From an uncultured archaeon (GTDB lineage: Archaea > Altiarchaeota > Altiarchaeia > JAFGQM01): a stretch of 64,000 bases of DNA. Where the stretch lies: the NCBI GenBank assembly GCA_964619365.1, contig CAZUDQ010000007.1, positions 22,179 to 86,178 of the forward strand, read 5' to 3'. The position numbers were made by a program, and so were the translations under genes. A model generated the notes under the pieces. It was not told where the DNA came from. It worked only from the letters and a program-made list of their open reading frames with translations, and made no database searches. This document shows, piece by piece, positions 38,378 to 47,495 of this stretch (its first letter is position 1; each line of letters starts with the position of its first letter).

Positions 38378-38482
38378 AAAAGGATGCTCCGCCAGGATGT
38401 TGAGGTGTATGTATCTGCCGTGCACATGTCCTTGACCTCGGCAAGTGCATGTTTGAGGCTACCGCTGGTATGGATTAAAACA

Positions 38483-38557
38483 TGCTCCCGCCGGGATTCG
38501 AACCCGGGTCTTCGGCTCGAAAGGCCGAAATGATTGGCCGTGCTACACTACAGGAGC
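38483..38557 (-). tRNA. tRNA-Glu(TTC), CCA not encoded
   Basis: Reverse complement GCTCCTG-TAGTGTAGCACGGCCAATCAT-TTCGGC CT TTC GA GCCGA-AGAC-CCGGG TTCGAAT CCCGG-CGGGAGC-A folds as a cloverleaf. Confidence 0.96.
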
Positions 38558-38786
38558 AAATGAAATTGTAGAATAGAGCCGAAAAGAAAATTCAGCCTAG
38601 CACAAGTGCGGAATTTAGAACTAGGGCATATAAAAAGCTTACGCGCTATTGACTTTACTGATAAAATAGTCAAATCGCTTTAATCTAAGGGCAAAGGGAT
38701 GATTTTAGGGCAAAAAGTAATGAGTTTATCTCTTATTTTTATTACTCTAGTGTTTATATTATAAGAATAGGCAGTTAACCGATAAA

Positions 38787-39467
38787 ATGACATCTAAAAT
38801 TGAAAGAATATCTACTGGAGTGGAAGGTTTAGATAAATTGATGGAAGGAGGCATCCCAAAGGGTTCAAGTCTACTCATAAGTGGTGCACCTGGAACTGGA
38901 AAAAGCACATTAGCCAGTCAATTTATTGAAACCGGTTTACAGAATGGCGAGAAATGTTGTTATGTAAGTATTGAACAAGATCGGGATTCAATTTTAATGC
39001 AAAATCAGCGATTGGGCATATTCAAGGACAAAGAACCAGAAATACTCACATTAAAGGACTTGAAATCAGATGTTCTGAAAACCAAACCCAAAACAAGAGA
39101 GGATTTAACTAATATAATATTGGATAAAATTGAATCAATGAATCCTGACAGAGTCGTTTTGGACTCAATAAATGCATTAATGCTTGAAGATTCTCAAGAC
39201 AATAGAGAAGTTAGTAGAAAAATATGTAGAAAGCTAACTGATGATTCAACTACAGCAATACTCATTGGTGAAGCTTTATCTGGTGATTATCCCGATGAGT
39301 ACACTCCGTTTTTAATGGACGGCGCGATTGTGTTATATTACATCAATTTTGGACCTCAAACAGGTAGAAGTTTGTTAATCAAAAAGATGCGATTTACTGA
39401 ACACAGCGAAGATATTCATCCAATAAAAATTAGTACGGGAAAGGGTTTCCAAGTAATCGGACAATAG
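38787..39467 (+). CDS. KaiC-like/RAD55 RecA-superfamily ATPase (single domain)
   Basis: ISTGVEGLDKLMEGGIP, GAPGTGKS, RVVLDSI, IKKMR. Confidence 0.9.
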   Translation: MTSKIERISTGVEGLDKLMEGGIPKGSSLLISGAPGTGKSTLASQFIETGLQNGEKCCYVSIEQDRDSILMQNQRLGIFKDKEPEILTLKDLKSDVLKTKPKTREDLTNIILDKIESMNPDRVVLDSINALMLEDSQDNREVSRKICRKLTDDSTTAILIGEALSGDYPDEYTPFLMDGAIVLYYINFGPQTGRSLLIKKMRFTEHSEDIHPIKISTGKGFQVIGQ

Positions 39468-39485
39468 GGTGTTGTCTAATAAACT

Positions 39486-40799
39486 TCATTCTGTAAGAAG
39501 CTTATCGTAGATGACTAAGGAAGTGACTGTTTGATTGTTGAACTGTACAGACCTTCCCCATTTTGATCCTATCTCTCCAAATGTGAAGAATCCAAAGAAA
39601 GGGGTATCGCCCACATCCTTTTTGAGTAATTTTAATGATTCGGGAAGATTCTCACCCAAAATTGCCTTTCTTGAAGAGCACTCAAAGGCCAGAATCACGC
39701 CCATTTTTTCTCCTTTGTGATCCCTATTTGCCTGCCTTACCGAATCCCTTAGGGCAGATTTTACATTTGAATCATCATACTGGGCAATATCGACAAATGA
39801 GTTTTCAACTAATCTGGGTATGGTCGCAAAAGAGTTGCCGTCTGGCGTAACTGCAATTGTCCTTAGATATATCTCCCCGTCAGAATCAAGCGTGGCAAAT
39901 GGATTTGTGAACGTGTATTGCCAAGGATTCTTTAAGAAATCTTCCTTTTTTATGCCTAAAATTTTGCAGTATTCAGATACCGCTTCATTGTCATTTAGTT
40001 TGGTTATTATTCTTCCATCACCTGCTAGCTGCGATAGAAGTTCGATTCTTGGCGTAGCTTTGTAACCATGTTCTAGCCCGTACGAAAAATATAGGTCGGA
40101 CACTGCAAATATGACGACAGCAGCCTTAGAATACACTTTGCCGTTTACAATCTGCCAACTCTCGGCGATATTTTGAGAGAGTTTTACAAAATCACTTGAA
40201 GCTGATGCCCCAAATATCGGAACGTGAGTACCTATTGCGTTAGTTATCCCATTCAAAAACTCTGTTTCTTTGCCTGGAACGGGAACTCCCTTCTCATACC
40301 TTTGTCCGTCAATAAAAAGAAGAGTAAAATACGGTGGGTTCTTTATTATGTCGGCATAGCTCTTTTTTGTATGTCTCGAAAACTGAATATACGGGTCAGT
40401 AAGTCGGTCCGAATGGATATTTTCTGTAGCCTGTGTAATTGCAATCTTTCCTTTTTCTTCAGCATCTTCACGATAATTCTCGGCAACTGCGACACTAAAA
40501 TGAAGATATTTGCTTGCAATTGAGAGAACCTGAATGCTATTTGATGCGTAACCTACCTCACTACTTATCTCTCCGTCTGAAGAAACCGCCGCCCAGTTTT
40601 CAGTACCAAGTATCCTGCTAAGGCCTTTGTTTACTTTTTCGGCATCATAATTTGAAGAGAAGAAAATGAGTGAGAACGTAGGATTTTCAGAAAGTTTGTT
40701 TACTGCCTTTTTAGCAGCTTCCATGCTAGCTTCATAAGCATCCTTTAAATCACTTGAACCTATTGCTACCTTGATATTTTTTCCAGATGGTTTATTCAT
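39486..40799 (-). CDS. FIST signal-transduction domain protein (FIST_N plus FIST_C)
   Basis: SSDGEIS, PIFGASAS, HGY, FECSSRK, GFFTFGEIG, FNNQTV. Confidence 0.88.
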   Translation of the reverse strand: MNKPSGKNIKVAIGSSDLKDAYEASMEAAKKAVNKLSENPTFSLIFFSSNYDAEKVNKGLSRILGTENWAAVSSDGEISSEVGYASNSIQVLSIASKYLHFSVAVAENYREDAEEKGKIAITQATENIHSDRLTDPYIQFSRHTKKSYADIIKNPPYFTLLFIDGQRYEKGVPVPGKETEFLNGITNAIGTHVPIFGASASSDFVKLSQNIAESWQIVNGKVYSKAAVVIFAVSDLYFSYGLEHGYKATPRIELLSQLAGDGRIITKLNDNEAVSEYCKILGIKKEDFLKNPWQYTFTNPFATLDSDGEIYLRTIAVTPDGNSFATIPRLVENSFVDIAQYDDSNVKSALRDSVRQANRDHKGEKMGVILAFECSSRKAILGENLPESLKLLKKDVGDTPFFGFFTFGEIGSKWGRSVQFNNQTVTSLVIYDKLLTE

Positions 40800-40938
40800 A
40801 TTACTCAATATATATTATTTAACTTATGTACTATCTTTAAAAATGCACTTAATGGGCTATCTAATCCATAATTATAATTACTAATAGGTTTTATTGCAAC
40901 GAGACTCAAATATAGCGGTTTTGATAGTGGTGAATACT

Positions 40939-42210
40939 ATGGCGATATTAAAGTGCATTGCATGCGGGAAAACTTATGAGATAACTGACCTTCGTTACCG
41001 TTGCGACTGTGGCGAGCTTCTTGAAGTGGAGCACGATCTTGAGACGCTTAAGGAGACCTTTACTAAGGAGCTTCTTGACTCACGTCTTGGCGCCCTTAAA
41101 CTGCCATATTCAAGCGGTGTATGGCGCTATAAAGAACTAATCCTTGACATTGATGACAAGTTCATCTGCTCGCGCCCTGAAGGAAACACCAATCAATACA
41201 AGTCTGAAAAAATCGCAGAGTATACTGGCCTTTCAGATTTCTCACTTAAACACGAGGGCGAAAACCCGACTGGCTCATTTAAGGACCGCGGGATGACAGG
41301 AGGCATAAGCGCAGCAAAGATGCTTGGAGCAAAGACTGTTGCCTGCGCCTCAACCGGAAACACCTCAGCTTCAATGGCCGCGTATGCCGCAATGAACGGC
41401 ATGAATGGTGTTGTCTTTATCCCTGAAGGAAAAATCGCCTTTGGAAAGCTCGCTCAGGCGATAGCCTACGGTTCAAAGGTAATCCAGATAGAAGGCGACT
41501 TTGACGATGCTATGGCACTAGTCCAGGAAGCCTCCTTAGAACTTGGAATGTATCTTCTTAACTCTGTTAACCCATTTAGGATTGAGGGGCAAAAGGCAAT
41601 TTCAATTGAAGCCATCCAACAAAGAGGCTGGGATGTTCCTGACTGGTTTGTCCTTCCGGGTGGAAACCTTGGTAACTCAAGTGCCATGGGCAAAGCCATG
41701 ATGGAATTAAAAGAACTCGGCATAATCGATAAGGTTCCGCGAATAGCTGTTATTCAGGCGCATGGTGCAAACCCGTTCTATAAATATTTCAATAACGATT
41801 ACCAGGACTTTGCTTCAGTCAAGGCCGATACTCTTGCCACAGCAATTAAGATTGGAAATCCTGTGAGCTACAAAAAACTTGAAAAAGTCATGAAATGGTG
41901 TAACGGTATTGTTGATGAAGTAAGCGAGCAGGAGATTGTTGATGCAAAGGCGATTGTTGATGCCTCAGGAATTGGAGCTGAACCTGCATCTTGCGCCACA
42001 GTTGCAGGAGCCAAAAAACTCTGCGAAAAAGGCATCATAAAGGCTGATGACTCGGTCGTAGGTATCCTTACAGGAAACCTCCTTAAAGACCCTGATGTTG
42101 TTGTCAACTATCACAAAGGCGCACTTCCCGGCCTTGAGTCAAAATACGCAAATAAGACCATTCAGATAAAGCCTGAATTAAGCGAAGTAAAGCGAGTCCT
42201 TGGCAAATGA
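40939..42210 (+). CDS. thrC: Threonine synthase with N-terminal Zn ribbon
   Basis: KHEGENPTGSFKDRG, CASTGNTSAS, NSVNPFRIEGQK, EPAS, TGNLLKD; GGTGA upstream of ATG 40939. Confidence 0.95.
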   Translation: MAILKCIACGKTYEITDLRYRCDCGELLEVEHDLETLKETFTKELLDSRLGALKLPYSSGVWRYKELILDIDDKFICSRPEGNTNQYKSEKIAEYTGLSDFSLKHEGENPTGSFKDRGMTGGISAAKMLGAKTVACASTGNTSASMAAYAAMNGMNGVVFIPEGKIAFGKLAQAIAYGSKVIQIEGDFDDAMALVQEASLELGMYLLNSVNPFRIEGQKAISIEAIQQRGWDVPDWFVLPGGNLGNSSAMGKAMMELKELGIIDKVPRIAVIQAHGANPFYKYFNNDYQDFASVKADTLATAIKIGNPVSYKKLEKVMKWCNGIVDEVSEQEIVDAKAIVDASGIGAEPASCATVAGAKKLCEKGIIKADDSVVGILTGNLLKDPDVVVNYHKGALPGLESKYANKTIQIKPELSEVKRVLGK

Positions 42211-43433
42211 AATACGCAATAATAATAGCAGACGGCGCAGCCGATTACAAGCTTCCTGAACTTGGGGGTAAAACTCCTCTTGAAGCGGCCAATAAGCCTG
42301 TAATAGATTCGCTAGTTAAAAGGGGCGCCATGGGTCTTGCTAAAACAGTTCCTGATGGTTACTCCCCTGGAAGTGATGTTGCAAACATGTCAATCCTTGG
42401 TTATGACCCAGATCTTTTCTTCCCAGGGGGAAGAGGAGTAATTGAGGCTGCAAGCCGTGGGATTAAAGTTGCAACTGATGAGATTCCCATGCGCGCAAAT
42501 ATAATCACGGTTAAGGACGGAAAGATTATTGATTATAGCGCAGACAACATAAGAGATGAAGAAAGTGCGCAATTGATGGATACTGCAAATGAGTTCCTTT
42601 CAAATGAAGAGATAAAATTTTATCCAGGTGTTAGTTACAGGAATCTTGCGGTAATTAAAGATGCTAAGTTAAGCCCTGGGGACCTTGAGTTCTTCCCACC
42701 TCACGACCACCCAAACGAGCCTGTTTCAAACTGGCTTTGTCGCGGCACAAACGAAATTGGAGACGCGTGGGCACAGAAGCTTAATGCCATAATGCTTAAG
42801 TCAATTGATTTGTTCTCGGGACACACCCTCAATCGCAAACGCATGATGGAAAAGCGCCCGCCTGCAAACATGCTTTGGTTCTGGGGACCTGGGAAAAAGA
42901 AGCGTGAGATGCCGCTGATACCGCAGCGTTTTGGTAAAGAGGGGAGTGTTATTACGGGAATCGATTTAATCCGCGGTCTTGGGCGCCTCGCAGGGCTTAA
43001 GATAAAAAATGTTCCGGGCGCAACAGCTTACTTTAACACAGACTACGAAGGAAAGGCGGACGCTGCAATAGAATGCCTTGATTCAGGAGACGATTTTGTT
43101 GTCGTGCATGTTGAAGCGCCTGATGAAGCGGGGCATGAAGGCAAGCTTGAAGAGAAGGTAAAGGCGATTGAGAACATAGATTCCCGCCTTGTATCAAGAA
43201 TCATGCAAAAGATGGGAAAGGACGACTTTAGGATAGGAATACTCCCTGACCATTATACACCGATTCCATTAAGAACTCATGCTATGGGTGATGTGCCTTT
43301 TGTAATATCTGGCTCGGGAGTTGAAGCTGACTCAACAGAATCCTTTACAGAAGACTGGGCAACAAAAGGAGAATATGGAAGTATCAAAGGGTATCGCTTT
43401 ATCGAAAAGCTATTTGGAAACGACTTAGATTAA
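42207..43433 (+). CDS. apgM: Cofactor-independent phosphoglycerate mutase family protein (ApgM; subfamily proposed to act in homoserine phosphorylation)
   Basis: IIADGAAD, GKTPLEAA, PGSDVANMSILGY, HVEAPDEAGH, LPDHYTP; ATGA overlap with thrC. Confidence 0.88.
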   Translation: MKYAIIIADGAADYKLPELGGKTPLEAANKPVIDSLVKRGAMGLAKTVPDGYSPGSDVANMSILGYDPDLFFPGGRGVIEAASRGIKVATDEIPMRANIITVKDGKIIDYSADNIRDEESAQLMDTANEFLSNEEIKFYPGVSYRNLAVIKDAKLSPGDLEFFPPHDHPNEPVSNWLCRGTNEIGDAWAQKLNAIMLKSIDLFSGHTLNRKRMMEKRPPANMLWFWGPGKKKREMPLIPQRFGKEGSVITGIDLIRGLGRLAGLKIKNVPGATAYFNTDYEGKADAAIECLDSGDDFVVVHVEAPDEAGHEGKLEEKVKAIENIDSRLVSRIMQKMGKDDFRIGILPDHYTPIPLRTHAMGDVPFVISGSGVEADSTESFTEDWATKGEYGSIKGYRFIEKLFGNDLD

Positions 43434-43434
43434 C

Positions 43435-44781
43435 TTGGACCTTACTGCCTGGATACAAGAGGCGCCAAAAGAGGCAAAAAAGGAGACTTGCGCAACCGAA
43501 GTGAAGCCTAAGGACAAAAAGGAGAGCGCAACTCCCAAAACGCACCCAGCCCCCCCTAAGGAAAAAAAGATTCCCTGGTTTGAGAAATATCGCCCGGATA
43601 AAATAGAGGATATAGTAGGCAACCCCTCTGCAGTCGAATCTGCACTTAAGTGGGCTAACGGCTGGAATGGAAAAAAGGCTCCGAAGAAAAAGGCTGTAAT
43701 AATATACGGACCTTGCGGAACCGGGAAAACCTGCCTTGCAAACTGCCTTTGCGACCATTTTGGATGGGAAATTCTTGAGATGAACGCATCTGATAAGCGC
43801 AGTAAGGAGATTATAGAGCGGATTGCGGGAATCGGTTCACAGACAAAATCATTTTCAGGCGCAGGAAAGGGAATAATTGTTGAAGAAATGGAAGGGCTCT
43901 CAGGGATTGCCGACAGAGGCGCAAGCCAGGCCTTAACAAAGATAATAAAGGAGTCGCGCGTGCCTATAATCCTAACCTGTAACGACATCAAGTCAAAAAA
44001 GCTTTCTGGAATAAAACCGTATTGTGAGAAAATTCCCCTAAAACACATTTCCCTGGGGACAATAGTTAAACTTCTTGCGAAGATACTTTTTGCCGAAGGC
44101 ATAAAATTCAAGGATATAAAAGTCCTTCAAAAAGTCGCCGATAATTCAGGCGGGGACCTTAGGTCTGCGCTAAACGATCTTCAGGCAATGGCCCAGGGGG
44201 AAAAAGAACTTTCCCCTGAAAGCATATTCCTAAGTGAACGCGACCGTCCAATTGATGTCTATAAGGCTATGGCCAGAATCTTTAAGGCAAAAGATTACAA
44301 AGAATGCAGGCGTGTGATGTGGAGTCTTGATACTGAACCCAGAAATTTTGGCGCCTGGCTTGATGAGAATATCCCTGTTGAGTACAAAGGAAAGACAATG
44401 GCGCGCGCTTATGATAATCTTTCGACTGCAGATATATTCTTAGGCAGGATAACAAATCGCCAGTACTGGGGTTTTTTGCGCTATGTGAATGATTTAATGA
44501 CCGTTGGGATACGTTACTCAACAGAAAAGCCGAATTTTGGCTTTCCCGATTACAAATTCCCCTCGCTAATTAGCAAAATGGGGGCAACCCGCGGGACGCG
44601 TGCTAAGGACGCATCGATTGCGGGGAAAATATCACCAGTAGTCCACGCGTCAAAAAACAGGATTATTGTAGATTACATACCTCTCCTAAAGGGAGTTTAT
44701 GCTCAAAATGCGCAGGCTGGGCGCGTTTTATGTGAGAAATTCGAGCTTGATGAGGAGGAAATGGAGTATCTTGAGCGCTAA
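43435..44781 (+). CDS. rfcL: Replication factor C large subunit
   Basis: PWFEKYRP, GPCGTGKT, EMNASDKR, GDLRSALNDLQ, WLDENIP, QYWGFLRY. Confidence 0.92.
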   Translation: MDLTAWIQEAPKEAKKETCATEVKPKDKKESATPKTHPAPPKEKKIPWFEKYRPDKIEDIVGNPSAVESALKWANGWNGKKAPKKKAVIIYGPCGTGKTCLANCLCDHFGWEILEMNASDKRSKEIIERIAGIGSQTKSFSGAGKGIIVEEMEGLSGIADRGASQALTKIIKESRVPIILTCNDIKSKKLSGIKPYCEKIPLKHISLGTIVKLLAKILFAEGIKFKDIKVLQKVADNSGGDLRSALNDLQAMAQGEKELSPESIFLSERDRPIDVYKAMARIFKAKDYKECRRVMWSLDTEPRNFGAWLDENIPVEYKGKTMARAYDNLSTADIFLGRITNRQYWGFLRYVNDLMTVGIRYSTEKPNFGFPDYKFPSLISKMGATRGTRAKDASIAGKISPVVHASKNRIIVDYIPLLKGVYAQNAQAGRVLCEKFELDEEEMEYLER

Positions 44782-44837
44782 ATCTTATGTATTTTTATTT
44801 TTTTATACTCAAACACATTTAACTTACGTAAAATAAA

Positions 44838-45806
44838 ATGGTTCTTGACGCGGGTTCACTTGTTCAAAGTGCGGCTGATGTAGCAATAAACATCGGGATT
44901 TTTGTTGCAGTAATCCTTATTGGGATTTTTGCAGGTTATGTGATAGGCGCACTTCTTGCAGCAATCGTCAGGCGCATTATGCGCATAAAGGAGATAAAAG
45001 AACAGATTGCGGGAAGCGAGATTCTTTCGCTTTCTTTTTGGAACAAGCTTACTGATGCCGTATCAATATATGTAAAGTGGCTCTTTGTAGCTGTCGGCCT
45101 CCGCGCTATGCTTGGCTGGGCGGCAACAGGCGAATTTGGCAATGAGTCCTTATTCGGGCTTCTTTTGCAATACGCACAGACCTTCCAGGACTTAATGGTA
45201 AATCTTGGTGTATTCATCATCTTCTCAGTTGTTGGAATCGTTGTCGGTGCGATAGTCTATAAGATAATAAAGGCGACTCTTGACTCGATGAGGGTTGAAG
45301 AGAAACTTGCAAAGCACGGACTTCAAGACGCCCTTGGGGGAATAGGCTTAACAAAGGTTCTTGCGGGAATATTCATGATATATATTATTATCGTGCTTAT
45401 GGGAAGCGGTATTGACGCTGTTGCCGTGCGTGCTGGCCCCGAATTCTCAAATATCAGCCTCGTTCAGATGTTTAAGTCCTTAATCGAGCTTTACCCTGAA
45501 TTTGTTCTTGGCGGTCTTATAATCATCGCCGGTGCCCTCATCGGAGACTTCCTCCAAGAAAAGATTAGGAAGAACAAGGCTTCGATTGCAACAGAGAGTA
45601 CGGGCTTTATAATAAAGGGTATGGTGATTTTCTTTGCAATAGTGCTTGCCCTCCCACACTTCCAAATCCAGGAAAATGTGGACGTCTTAACAGACTCCTT
45701 TAAGATAATTGTCGCAGGCGTTGCAATCGGTCTTGCAATCGCTATGGGTCTTGGACTCTCAGAAACCTTCTCCCACTGGGGCAAGAAACTTGAAAAGAAA
45801 GTCTAA
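44838..45806 (+). CDS. Membrane protein with conserved TM-helix repeats (CmpX/MscS-associated type)
   Basis: Repeated hydrophobic helices; GLAIAMGLG C-terminal motif. Confidence 0.65.
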   Translation: MVLDAGSLVQSAADVAINIGIFVAVILIGIFAGYVIGALLAAIVRRIMRIKEIKEQIAGSEILSLSFWNKLTDAVSIYVKWLFVAVGLRAMLGWAATGEFGNESLFGLLLQYAQTFQDLMVNLGVFIIFSVVGIVVGAIVYKIIKATLDSMRVEEKLAKHGLQDALGGIGLTKVLAGIFMIYIIIVLMGSGIDAVAVRAGPEFSNISLVQMFKSLIELYPEFVLGGLIIIAGALIGDFLQEKIRKNKASIATESTGFIIKGMVIFFAIVLALPHFQIQENVDVLTDSFKIIVAGVAIGLAIAMGLGLSETFSHWGKKLEKKV

Positions 45807-45809
45807 AGA

Positions 45810-46247
45810 ATGCTTTTTCACAAGATTCGCCTTGAGGCATTCTCTTATGACACCGAGGACTTAGAAAAGGTAAAGGGTGCACTTGCCCTTCTCATACCCT
45901 TTCGGCTTGAAGATAAGAATTTTGAGATAACAAACACTACAGGGAGTTTTGGAAACAAGATAACTATTGTAGCCCTCGAATTCCAAAACAGTGGGAAGAT
46001 AAGGAATATCTGCGCCCACGTCCGCGATTCTATGGGAGAAAAAGAGCTTTTAGGTTTAGATATCGGAACTTGTCTTTATCCAAATTGCGCATTTCGCCTG
46101 AGGATATCAAAGCAGGACGCGTGCCTTGGGAAAATTAAGATAGGGGACGCAGATTCTATTCTCCTTTGGGGGAAAGTTGCTGTATATCCTGCAAAGGAAG
46201 AAATAGCAAGGAAAATACTTGAAGATTTTTGGAAGAGGGGACAATAA
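45810..46247 (+). CDS. DUF54-family RNA-binding protein (predicted exosome-associated)
   Basis: YDTEDLEKVKGAL, GSFGNKI, LRISKQDA, KVAVYP. Confidence 0.78.
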   Translation: MLFHKIRLEAFSYDTEDLEKVKGALALLIPFRLEDKNFEITNTTGSFGNKITIVALEFQNSGKIRNICAHVRDSMGEKELLGLDIGTCLYPNCAFRLRISKQDACLGKIKIGDADSILLWGKVAVYPAKEEIARKILEDFWKRGQ

Positions 46248-46296
46248 ATGAGTAAATGCAGGATTTATTGATAAAGACTAAAAATATAACGCTAAA

Positions 46297-47481
46297 ATGA
46301 TAAAAAGCGCTCTTATTCTTGCAGCAGGCGCAGGGACGCGCATGGCACCTTTAACAGAAGGTCGCCCAAAGCCACTAATCCCGGTTGCAGGAAAGCCTAT
46401 AATCAAATGGACTATTGACGCCCTGCGTTCTGCAGGGATTACTGACATCTGGGTTCTTATCCGCGCGGGCGACACTAAGATTAGGGACTATTTTGGTGAC
46501 TCGGTGGGGTACATAGTCCAAGAAAAGGCGCTTGGAACGGCAAACGCGATATCATGCGCCAAAGGAAAGATAACTGGAGCCTTTATCTGTGTAAACGGCG
46601 ACCTTGCAGTTGAGCCTTCGATGTTTTCAGGCCTGATAAAATCCTACTCACTCTTTAAAACAAATATTGTCGCTGTAACTGAATCAAGCGACCCGAAACA
46701 CTTTGGCGTCCTTGAGATTACGCCAGACATGTCTGTCTCATCAATTGAAGAAAAGCCAAAAAACCCCAAAGGCAGCTATATCAATGCGGGGGCTTATGTT
46801 TTCTCAGAAGAGATATTTAGTCTTATCGAAAAGACAAAAAAATCCCCAAGAGGGGAATTCGAGATAACTGATTCTATTATGATGGCGCCACTTCATGCCC
46901 ACAGGTATGAAGGAGTCTGGCTTGACATAGGAAAACCCTGGGATCTTCTTGACGGCAACGAGTTCTACCTAAACCATCTTGTAAATCAGATAAATGGGGA
47001 TGTTAGCAAGCTTGCTGTCTTTGAAGGAAATGTAGAGATTGGAAAGGGTACTAAAGTCCTTCCGGGAGTCTATATAGAAGGTCCTGTTAAAATCGGTGAG
47101 AACTGCAAGATTGGGCCAAACTGCTACCTGCGCCCGCACAGTTCGATAGGAAACAACTGCCATATTGGAAGCGCCGTTGAAATAAAAAACAGCATAATAA
47201 TGGATAGCTCCAATGTTCCACATCTTTCTTATGTCGGTGATTCCATAATCGGTGAGAACTGCAATTTTGGGGCAGGTACAAATGTCGCAAATCTTCGTTT
47301 TGACGATGGCGAGGTCAAACTTAACATTCGTGGTGAAAAAGAAAGTTCTGGCAGGCGCAAATTCGGTTGTGTTGTAGGCGATAATGTAAAGACCGGGATT
47401 AATGTCTCAATAATGCCTGGTAAAAAAATATCCTCTGGAAAAAGAGTTCCGCCGTGCGCTGTTGTTTCAAAGGACCTCTAA
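46297..47481 (+). CDS. glmU: Archaeal bifunctional sugar-1-phosphate nucleotidylyltransferase/acetyltransferase
   Basis: LAAGAGTRMAPLT..RPKPL, hexapeptide repeats, HLSYVGDS, ANLRFD, GRRKFG. Confidence 0.9.
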   Translation: MIKSALILAAGAGTRMAPLTEGRPKPLIPVAGKPIIKWTIDALRSAGITDIWVLIRAGDTKIRDYFGDSVGYIVQEKALGTANAISCAKGKITGAFICVNGDLAVEPSMFSGLIKSYSLFKTNIVAVTESSDPKHFGVLEITPDMSVSSIEEKPKNPKGSYINAGAYVFSEEIFSLIEKTKKSPRGEFEITDSIMMAPLHAHRYEGVWLDIGKPWDLLDGNEFYLNHLVNQINGDVSKLAVFEGNVEIGKGTKVLPGVYIEGPVKIGENCKIGPNCYLRPHSSIGNNCHIGSAVEIKNSIIMDSSNVPHLSYVGDSIIGENCNFGAGTNVANLRFDDGEVKLNIRGEKESSGRRKFGCVVGDNVKTGINVSIMPGKKISSGKRVPPCAVVSKDL

Positions 47482-47495
47482 ATATTGTTTCCTTC

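Noticed and set aside
43425-44111. 228-aa antisense ORF, and other long antisense ORFs over lig, ftsZ, glyS and the Vps62-like gene
   Set aside because: Shadow frames of well-supported genes, with no recognisable motifs
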